DNA from: Fonticula alba ATCC 38817
Taxonomy: Eukaryota; Protista; Nucleariida
Length of the DNA: 21,506 nucleotides
NCBI GenBank assembly: GCA_000388065.2
Contig: KB932201.1
Direction: 5' to 3' (one strand)
A program made the translations under genes and the position numbers. The stretch's first letter is position 1; each line of letters starts with the position of its first letter. Positions 1 to 9,195 of this stretch are shown in pieces. The notes below the pieces were generated by a model that saw only the letters and a list, made by a program, of their open reading frames with translations, was not told where the DNA came from and made no database searches.

Positions 1-85
1 CTTGTTCCCTGTTCACGGTGACCCCCGTGCCGATCCCGCTGTCGCATCTCCCGCGTAGCCACCATCGTCACGCCCCTCCTCCACC

Positions 86-2620
86 ATGACCTTCGACAAT
101 GGTGTGTGTCCTTCCCTGCCGGCCTTTCTCCATCCGCCTGTCTCTGCCCTTTTCAGCTTGTGTCTAACCTCCTTTGCTCCAGTTCCCGAGTCCATCTCCT
201 TCCCCAAGTCCGAGGAGGAGATCCTGGCCTTCTGGAAGCAGATCGATGCCTTCCAGCAGTCCCTGCGCCTGAGTGAGGGTCGCCCGCGCTATTCCTTCTA
301 CGATGGCCCTCCCTTTGCCACTGGCCTGCCTCACTATGGCCATATCCTGGCCGGCACCATCAAGGTGCGCGACCGGCCCTCTTGCCCGGCCCCTCCTCGA
401 CTGATCTTCCCCTTGACTGACCCTCCTCTTGGCTCCCTACTTCCCTACCCCCCCCCCCCCCGCGCCCCTGTTCCCTCCATTGGCCGCGCCTCTCCCTCGT
501 AGGATGTGGTCACTCGCTTCTGGGCCCTGCGCGGCTACTATGTCGAGCGCCGCTTCGGCTGGGATTGCCACGGTCTGCCGGTGGAGTTTGAGATCGACAA
601 GAAGCTCGGCATCAAGGTCCGTCGTTTTTGCTTACTTTCCCCCCTTCCTCCCCCCTCTCCCGCACGCGCGCACACGCACACACACACACGCACACACACA
701 TACACACACATGCACATGTGTTCGCTTGTCTGACTTCTCCTTCTCCAGTCCCCCGATGACGTCCTCAAGATGGGCATTGCCAACTACAATGCCGAGTGCC
801 GGTCCATTGTCATGCGCTACTCCACCGAGTGGGAGGTGACTGTCACCCGTACCGGGCGCTGGATTGACTTCAAGAATGACTACAAGACTCTGAACCCGGA
901 GTTCATGGAGTCCGTCTGGTGGGTGTTCCGCCAGCTGTTCGACAAGAACCTGGTCTACCGCGGCTTCAAGGTGCGCGCCCGTGGTTCCCGGTCTTCCGGC
1001 TTCGGGATGTGGCCCTGCTGGGCTTCTCTTCCTCCCTTTCTCCCTCTGCCCTTCTCGCGCCGTGTGCCCTGACAAGCGGCCATACACACACGCACACGCC
1101 AATACGCACGTGCGCCCATGCCCCAATGCAGGTCATGCCTTACTCCATGGGCTGCCACACTCCCCTGTCCAACTTCGAGGCCAACCAGAACTACAAGGAT
1201 ACCGTGGACCCGGCCGTCACGGTCGGCCTGCGCCTGACCACCGGCAAGTTCGCCGGGCACCAGGCCCTTGCCTGGACCACCACCCCCTGGACTCTGCCTA
1301 GCAACCTGGCCCTTTGCGTCAACCCGGCGCTCAACTATGTCGTGGTGACCGGTACGCCTGCTATCGTGCCCTTTCCCTTCCTCCCTGCCAAGGCCCCCCT
1401 CTGTGTCCCTGTGTCTGACCTCCTCGCCTCCTTTCTCTCTATCTCCCATCCCACAGAGAAGAAGGGTAAGACCGTTGAGGGCCAGGAGCCTGAGGCTCCC
1501 AAGTCCTACATCGTGGCGCACTCCTGTCTCGGGTCGGTCTTTGGCAACAAGCTCGACGAGTACACCGTCGGCGAGGAGTTCCTCGGTGAGGAGCTGGTCG
1601 GCTCGCGCTATGAGCCCCTCTTCCCCTACTTCCGCGAGGTACGTCGTCCCTGCTCCAGCTGCCCACTCCTGCTGCTCCTGTGCCTTTCCCCTGCACGATC
1701 GCCTGCTCCCTCCGCCACACTCCTCCTCCTTTCTCCCTNNNNNNNNNNGGGGGAGGGGATTAGGCTGAGAAGCTGGACAAAGCAGGAAGGAAAAGGCCCA
1801 TGCTCATGGGAAGGATGCATCAACCGGGGAATGCATGTATGTGTGCGTGTGCGAAGGGAAGGAAGGGGGGAAGAGAGAGAGAGAGGGAGGGAGGGAGAGA
1901 GAGAGAGAAAGAGCATTGAGAACATACGGGAGTGCCGGGCCGAGGCACAAAGGGGGCGCATGCATAAATGTCGACTGGGGAGGCGGAGGTGTTCATGTGC
2001 TCCAGCGGGACAATGAGCCCCTGAACGCCGGTGGTAGTAAGCTGTGGCCCGAAGATGGCCTGGCGCGAGACGTGGGTGGTGTTCGTGCGAAGGTCGACAA
2101 CCGATGCGGCAACAGGAGAGCAGCAGAGGAACACCAGCACCATCGCCAGGCAGGCAGCCAGGAAGCGGGAGGGGGTCGCGAGCGAGCGCCCGGGCGTGGG
2201 GCGGGCACTGTGGAGGAACATGGTCTTCAGGCAGCCTTTTTGACAAGGCGAGGAAGGGGCCGAGACGGAGGCACGAAGACACAGAGACAAGGGGTGCGAG
2301 CGAGCGAGCGAGCGAGAGAGAGAGAGAGAGAGAAGACGAGGAACAGGGCCGGAAATGGTGTTAGATGGGACATTCCTCGGGTCGACACGGGCGAGATGGC
2401 ATATGAAGAGGTACCGTGGAGCGGAGCGACAAGGAGGGAACGGTGCCCATCAATGCAGGGGCCGGGACCCGGGGTGTGCAACGGCGCAGGAGGGGGAGAA
2501 GAAAAAACGTATGGGGGAGGAGGCTAAGCCGCCCCAGTCGGAGAAGGACGCTGCCCTGGGGGGAGGGGAGGGACGCGAAGCAAATGCAGCGCGAAGGGGA
2601 TAGGGGACGGGGTAGAGAGG

Positions 2621-2651
<31 letters not shown>

Positions 2652-5600
2652 GAACGAGAGAAAGACGGGAGGAGGGGGAGGGAGGAAGCATGGTGTGTCA
2701 AGATCGGCCGAAGCCCGACACGAGAAGCAGGCCAGCCGAAGAGACTTTCTTGTCAGCGTGACCGCCGAGCACATCCACCGGCGGTCGGAGGGCGGGGGGG
2801 GGGGGGAGCGCCCACGCTCCCAGGTCAACAAGTTGTGGCCCGCTCCCCCTCCCCCCCCCCCCCCCTCGCCCCGCCCCCCTGAAGGGCTTTTGGACAAGTG
2901 CCGCCTGGCCCGGTGGGCGGCATCTTCATCGCCGCCTTCAGAGCATCACTGAGAGGGGCACCCCAGCTCCGGGCCCAGGGGCGTGGCCGTTGGGGGCTCG
3001 GGAGCCCGCGCCCTTTGACCACTCTGCCGGGCTCCGGCACACGCATGGATGAGCGCGGGCGACAACCAGCAGCCAAGGGCTTCTGGCCCAGAGCCCCCCG
3101 GCCAAGGGTCTCGCGAAACCCTACTCCCGGGCTGTTNNNNNNNNNNNNNNNNNNNNNNNNNNNNNNNNNNNNNNNNNNNNNNNNNNNNNNNNNNNNNNNN
3201 NNNNNNNNNNNNNNNNNNNNNNNNNNNNNNNNNNNNNNNNNNNNNNNNNNNNNNNNNNNNNNNNNNNNNNNNNNNNNNNNNNNNNNNNNNNNNNNNNNNN
3301 NNNNNNNNNNNNNNNNNNNNNNNNNNNNNNNNNNNNNNNNNNNNNNNNNNNNNNNNNNNNNNNNNNNNNNNNNNNNNNNNNNNNNNNNNNNNNNNNNNNN
3401 NNNNNNNNNNNNNNNNNNNNNNNNNNNNNNNNNNNNNNNNNNNNNNNNNNNNNNNNNNNNNNNNNNNNNNNNNNNNNNNNNNNNNNNNNNNNNNNNNNNN
3501 NNNNNNNNNNNNNNNNNNNNNNNNNNNNNNNNNNNNCCCCCCCCCCCCCCCGAAGAGCTCCGATCCGGATGCGCGCGGCGACCTGGGGGAAAGTCCAACC
3601 GCCCGGTGGTCCGATTAGCATCACCTTTCGCTCATTGATAACAACACCCTTCCGGGTAAGCTTCAGGGACCTTCGGTCCTTCTTTGGAGGAAAATGTGCT
3701 TAAAATACTCCCCCCTTATTGCCACATATCCCCCGGCATTCACATATGTTGGCGCCTACCTCTGCGCCCTGGAGTTCCTGTCCCCCCTCACAGTGTGCCA
3801 TCCTCCCCGGCGCGAAGCGCTCTGGCGGCCCAACGACGGCGCGGTGCCTGCGGGGCCGACAAGGAACAGCCCCGCTTTGCGACCGGGGGCGAGGGTGCCT
3901 GCCCACCCGCGAGGAGCCATCCAGCCAGGAAGAATGCCTGCGCGATATCACGCGGGGCATCGTGAAACGGCATTCCCTTCGGAACACATCGGAATATACC
4001 ACCGGAGAATGTTTCAACGCCTGAGCATGTGGTCTCCAGCGGCAGATTGGCTTCGAGCCCCATGGCCATACAGCATGCATGGCCGTTCTGCATTGCTCGT
4101 GGGTGGTGCCCAAGCAGAACTTCAAGCAGTCGGGCTGAAGATGCAGCACATTCAAGTTGAGGCCCCGGTCTGCTTTTTTCGCCCCGGGGGAGAGAGAGAG
4201 AGGAGGGGTGGACGGCCTTGGGAAACTGTTGACCTGGCGAACACAGCGGCCCCTCTGAGTTGAGAGGCGTACGCGAAGGCGCGCCCCGGCACTTGTGCAC
4301 CTGTATGTGTGATTCTTTGGCGCGCTGCAGGTCCGGGAGCGTGGGAGCCCTGGAGCCCGAGCCGGGTCGTACGATCTGGCGAGCGCCGCTCGGGCGAGGC
4401 GGCCCCCGCTCCGCTTGCGTTGGGCGCCCGTGGGCCCGTGGCGGTCTGGACGGGGGGGGGGGGGGGGGCGCGGCGCGGGCGAAGGCGAGGGGTGAGGGGG
4501 GGGGGGGGGGGGGGGGGGGGGGAGGGGGGGGGGGGGGGGGGGGGGGAGGGGGGGGGGGGGGAGGAAAGAAAAAAAAAAAAAAAAAGCGCCGGGGACACCG
4601 GGGGGGGGGGGGGCAGGGGCGCGGGCATAGCCTGGCATGTAGACACCCCCGGCCAGTGGGGGGGGGGGGGGACATCGTCCCCGAGACTCGCACGCAAGAC
4701 AACTGCGCGGCAGGCCACCGAAAAAACAGCTGATGGTTCCTGATCGCTTGTCTACGGGGCCTGGCGCCGCAGCCTCAAACGAAAGGCCCTCTCGCGGGGG
4801 TTGAAGGACCACGCCGGCTCTCCGTTCGCAGATGGGCGCGTAATATCCTATGGGCTCTCGCCTCCCTCCCCCCCCCCCCCCCCCCGCCACCACCACGTAT
4901 CCGGCTGCCCCTTCTCATCGAACGCCGTCGCAGGGCGGCCCCTCGGGCTCTGAACGTCGACCGCGCATCTCGGGTCAGCGGTCACAGATTACCTTTCCTC
5001 CGGGCCCGGGAAATGCGGGGGGGCTAGGGTGCGGGGAAGGCGCGGGGGGCCTGCCTCCGCCGCCGCGCCCTGCCACAGTGGCTCGGCCCCGCATCAGCGA
5101 GTGAAGACTGCGCCAAGGGCCTCCCCCCCCCCGCCCCGCCCCGGGTAGCGCATGGACCAATCAGGAAAGACACACGTCTCCGACCGGCACCTGGCAAGGT
5201 ACACCCCCGGGTCAGCGTCAGCTACTCACGCCCGCCACCCCTCGCTTCCCCCTCGCCCCTTGCCCCTCTTTTCCCCAGCCACGCGGAGAGATCGACCAAA
5301 GTAGTGCTTACGGGTTGAATTTCCGGGGGGGGGGGGGGNNNNNNNNNNNNNNNNNNNNNNNNNNNNNNNNNNNNNNNNNNNNNNNNNNNNNNNNNNNNNN
5401 NNNNNNNNNNNNNNNNNNNNNNNNNNNNNNNNNNNNNNNNNNNNNNNNNNNNNNNNNNNNNNNNNNNNNNNNNNNNNNNNNNNNNNNNNNNNNNNNNNNN
5501 NNNNNNNNNNNNNNNNNNNNNNNNNNNNNNNNNNNNNNNNNNNNNNNNNNNNNNNNNNNNNNNNNNNNNNNNNNNNNNNNNNNNNNNNNNNNNNNNNNNN

Positions 5601-8600
5601 NNNNNNCACACGCACACGCACACGCACACGCACACGCACACGCACACGCACACGCACACACACACGCACACACAGACGTATGGCGATCGCGCCTTCCGCA
5701 TTGTGTCGGACAGCTACGTCAAGTCGGACTCCGGTACCGGTATCGTGCACCAGGCCCCGGCCTTTGGTGAGGATGATTACCGCGTGTGCATGGAGCATGG
5801 TGTCATCCTCAAGGGGGAGGCCCTTCCCTGCCCGATTGACGACACCGGTGCCTTCACGTCGGCCGTTCCGGAGTACGCCGGGCAGAATGTCAAGGCCGCG
5901 GATAAGGCCATCATCCGCGCCCTGACTGCCTCTGGCAACCTCTTCAAGAATGTCCAGATCACCCATAGCTACCCCTTCTGCTGGCGCTCGGACACCCCGC
6001 TCATTTACCGCGCCGTGCCCAGCTGGTTCATCCGCGTGGAGGACCTGGTCGAGCGCCTGCTCAAGAACAACACCGACTCCTATTGGGTCCCGGAGTTCGT
6101 GCAGACCCAGCGCTTCGCCAACTGGCTGCGTGATGCTCGCGATTGGGCTGTCTCGCGTAACCGCTTCTGGGGCACCCCCCTGCCGCTGTGGGTGTCCGAG
6201 GACTTCGAGGAGGTCGTTTGCATCGGCTCGGTCGAGGAGCTCTTCGAGCTCTCTGGTGTCCGTGTCACCGACCTCCACCGCGAGAGCATCGACCATATCA
6301 CCATCCCCTCCAAGCAGGGCAAGGGCGACTTGCGCCGTGTGACCGAGGTCTTCGATTGCTGGTTCGAGAGTGGCAGGTATGTGCCATTTTCTTGTGCGAC
6401 TTGGTCCAGGTGTTGGCTGCTGCTGCTCGCGGCCGCTCTCCTTCCCTTCTATCCCCCCTTTTCTTCATAATCCCTCCTCTCTCATTGCTCACATTCACAT
6501 CCCCCCCCCCTCCCGCCTATGTACGGACGCACGCACGCACGCACGCACGTACACAGCATGCCCTACGCCCAGCAGCACTACCCCTTCGAGAACAAGGATG
6601 TCTTCGAGGCCTCCTTCCCGGCGGACTTCGTGGCCGAGGGCCTGGACCAGACTCGTGGCTGGTTCTACACCCTGCTGGTCATCTCCACCGCTCTCTTTGA
6701 CAAGCCTCCCTTCAAGAACCTGATTGTCAACGGCCTGGTTCTGGCCGAGGATGGCCGCAAGATGTCCAAGCGCCTGGCCAACTATCCCGACCCCACCAAG
6801 GTCATGGATGCCCATGGTGCCGATGCCCTGCGCATCTACCTGATTGACTCGCCAGTCGTGCGGGCCGAGGTCCTGCGCTTCCAGGAGCGCGGTGTCCAGC
6901 GCGTTGTGCGCGATCTCCTGCTCCCCTGGTACAATGCGTACCGGTTCTTCGTGCAGAACGCCGACCGCTGGTCCACCGAGGCTGGCCGGCCCTTCGAGCA
7001 TGATCCCTCCTCCAAGACGGCCCTCAAGCTCACCAACCTGACCGACCGTTGGGTCCTGGCGGCCACGCACAACTTGATCAGCTTCGTCACCAAGGAGATG
7101 GAGGCCTATCGCCTGTACACCGTGGTGCCGCGCCTGCTGCGCCATGTTGACCAGCTGACCAACTGGTATGTGCGCCTGAACCGCCGCCGTCTGCGTGGTG
7201 ATGTCCTGGTGGCCGAGGATGGGTCCACCATGCCGGCCGACCAGGAGGACACCCTGACCGCTCTGCGGACCCTCTTCGAGGCGCTCTTCCTCATGACCAA
7301 GATGATGGCCCCCTTCACGCCCTTCATCGCGGAGAAGATCTATCAGAACCTGTACAAGTGCCTGCCCACCACCGAGGAGGATGTGCGCTCGGTGCATTTC
7401 ACCTCCTTCCCCGTGCCGAACCCGGCCTACTTCGATCCGGAGATGGAGCGCGCCATGGGCTCCATGCAGCGCATCATCGAGCTGGGCCGTGTCATCCGCG
7501 AGCGTCGGAATGTCTCGATCAAGGTGCGCTCCTCCTTTTCTTCTTGTTGCTCTTCTTCTTGCTCTTCTGTCTCTTTCTTTCTTCCCCCCCCCCCTCCTGG
7601 GCTGCTCCTCTTCTGGGGGGGGGGGGGGGCGGGGCATCTGGATGTGTCCCTAACTTCTCCTCATGCATGGCCCATTGTAGAACCCCCTGCGCGAGATGAT
7701 CATCGTCGATGCCGATGCCTCTGAGGACTCGCCCCTGCGTGCCGACGTGGCCATGCTCGAGGAGTACATTCGCGATGAGCTGAACGTCGTCCGGGTGCGC
7801 TTTGCCGAGCCCGGCGAGTTCAACCTCAACTACCAGGCCTCCGCCAATGCCGCTCGCCTGGGTCGCCGTGTCGGCAGGTCCATGCAGGAGATCATCAAGT
7901 CTGCCCGCGGTACGTGCATGCATCCAAAAAAAAAAGAGAGGCACCTCCTTTCCTCTCCTCTCCCCTGCTTGGCATCAAATCCTCACTCCCCCTCCCGTCC
8001 CCTCTCTGCCGCACATGCAGCGCTCCCCACCGAGGACATCAAGAAGCTCCTGGCTGGCGAGAACATCACCCTCCATGGGCATGAGCTGACCCCGGAGGAC
8101 TTCACTCTGACCCTGCGCCTGCTGTCGTCCGATGAGTCCGCTGCCGAGGGCTCGGTCGATCGCGAGTCCAACATGGATGGCAACATCGCCGTCTTGCTGG
8201 ACCTGTCTCGCGACCAGCAGCTTGAGGACATCGGTTGCGCCCGTGAGCTGGTCAACCGTGTCCAGCGCCTGCGCAAGGAGGCCCAGCTGTCTGTTTCGGA
8301 TGTTGTGCACGTTTGCCTGTCGCTCGAGGTTCCGGCCGCCGAGAATGCGCAGGCTGCTGCTGCTGCTGCTGCGGCCCCGGCTGCCGGCGGCAAGCGCAAG
8401 AAGGCTGCCCCGGCCGCCGGTGTCTCCGCCGAGGAGATGGCCGCCGACCGCGAGCAGCTTGTCCGCGTGCTGGCCGAGCAGCAGGCCTTCTTCGAGCGTA
8501 CTGTCCGTAGCCGCATCATCACCCCGGACCAGGTTCCGGAGGCGGCTCTCCCGCACCAGATCATCACCGATGTTGCGGAGGTGCGTGTGGTTTTCTTTTT

Positions 8601-8778
8601 CTTTTTCCGGCCTTCGCGTCGATCCTCTTCCCCCCCCCCCCCCCCGGCCCTGGTTACTGACCCGCTTTTGTCCCTCCCCTTTCTTCTCTTCCTTCCCGTC
8701 TTGCCTCCTTACTTTGCCTGTGCCACGGTGCAGATCCGCTCCACCAAGTTCGTCCTGACCTTCTACCGCGCCGATTAG
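86..8778 (+). CDS. IARS1: Cytosolic (eukaryotic-type) isoleucyl-tRNA synthetase, 11 exons, 1145 aa predicted
   Basis: Hand-spliced exons 86-101, 183-364, 503-616, 749-970, 1132-1351, 1457-1638, 5676-6376, 6557-7523, 7681-7909, 8021-8580, 8734-8778 sum to 3438 nt, in frame, all introns GT-AG, Kozak-like CCACCATG. Class I motifs: [16 protein letters not shown] (HIGH), [14 protein letters not shown]1 editing [11 protein letters not shown] and [58 protein letters not shown] (KMSKS-type), anticodon-domain [10 protein letters not shown]. Collinear with human IARS1 and yeast Ils1 as recalled. Confidence 0.97.
1870..2650 (+). repeat. Three (AG)n / (GCGA)n microsatellite blocks (about 1870-1910, 2297-2335, 2620-2648)
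   Basis: Direct reading. These are pyrimidine tracts on the - strand, consistent with introns or UTR of the PA-domain gene. Confidence 0.85.
1928..2221 (-). CDS. First coding exon (98 aa) of a secreted or membrane protein with signal peptide and start of a PA (protease-associated) domain; rest of gene not visible
   Basis: ACCATG start. [40 protein letters not shown] (hydrophobic core, AAS cleavage-like), then [24 protein letters not shown]...YACAP, resembling the 'ARFG.xL...GxxGxL...NACxP' entry of RNF13/RNF167-type PA domains. Ends at phase-0 donor CCC|GTATGT (1927), followed by a pyrimidine-rich intron with CTAAT branch-like site that runs into the gap at 1748. Confidence 0.62.
4452..4670 (+). 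repeat. Poly-G tracts with an A17 run (G-quadruplex-prone low complexity)
   Basis: G17 at 4452-4468, near-pure G at about 4495-4561, A-run 4569-4585, further G-runs to 4670. Confidence 0.9.
5129..5165 (+). promoter_or_regulatory. GC-box plus CCAAT-box cluster (promoter-like)
   Basis: CCCCGCCCCGCCCC at about 5129-5142 and GACCAATCAG at 5155-5164 (NF-Y consensus RRCCAATSRG), followed by an intron-shaped element at 5199-5278. Motif match only. Confidence 0.3.
5607..5674 (+). repeat. (CACACG)n microsatellite at the IleRS exon 7 acceptor
   Basis: Direct reading. Similar CA/CG-type arrays occur in IleRS introns 3 (about 660-712), 4 (about 1081-1110) and 7 (about 6525-6550). Confidence 0.9.
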
Positions 8779-9195
8779 AGGGCCTTATGCCAGCTGCCTC
8801 CCCGGTTCTTCCCCTCGCCACCTGCCTTTCTCCTTCTCGTCGTTATACACACACACACCCCTCCCCTCGCCTCTCAATGTGAGAGCACCTGTTCTTTTCC
8901 CCTCGAGACCAAATATACTGTGTCGGTGCAAATGTGTCTGGCTCCTCGAAGCCCCCCATCCACAAAGCCAAATACAACGAGATGCGTGGCTGGGCTTCTC
9001 TCGCCCGATGCTCCTCCCCGTCGAAACGAATGGACTACACCAAAGAGGCCATTTCCCCCTCGTCCATGCCAAGGTGCGATGTCTGGGTGCGATGTATTTC
9101 ACAGGCGTTCACAGGCGGGGGGAGGGAGGGGGGGGATGTGCGGGCGAGGCTGTGCGTCGCAAGTGTAACAGGCGCCAGGGTATTTACGCGACGGC

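Larger units (their letters stand above)
1639..5675 (+). other. Apparent IleRS intron 6 (4037 nt, contains three N-gaps)
   Basis: Donor GAG|GTACGT at 1639 and acceptor CACAG|ACG at 5675. Flanking exons join in phase 0 as [10 protein letters not shown]|[10 protein letters not shown] with no IleRS sequence missing. Gaps at 1739-1748, 3137-3536 and 5339-5606. Confidence 0.8.

Noticed and set aside
151-156. Alternative 3' splice site TTTCAG in IleRS intron 1
   Set aside because: Lies upstream of the CTAAC branch site and gives an immediate in-frame TAA.
3537-4900. ORFs of 100-400 aa in the middle contig, considered as transposon or rDNA-spacer remnants
   Set aside because: No RT, integrase, transposase or rRNA motifs recognised; ORF length is driven by poly-G/C runs.
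5226-7637. Long - strand ORFs (356 aa, 380 aa) opposite IleRS exons 7-8
   Set aside because: Antisense shadows of GC-rich coding sequence with strong third-position bias; no independent motifs, and they cross N-gaps or introns.
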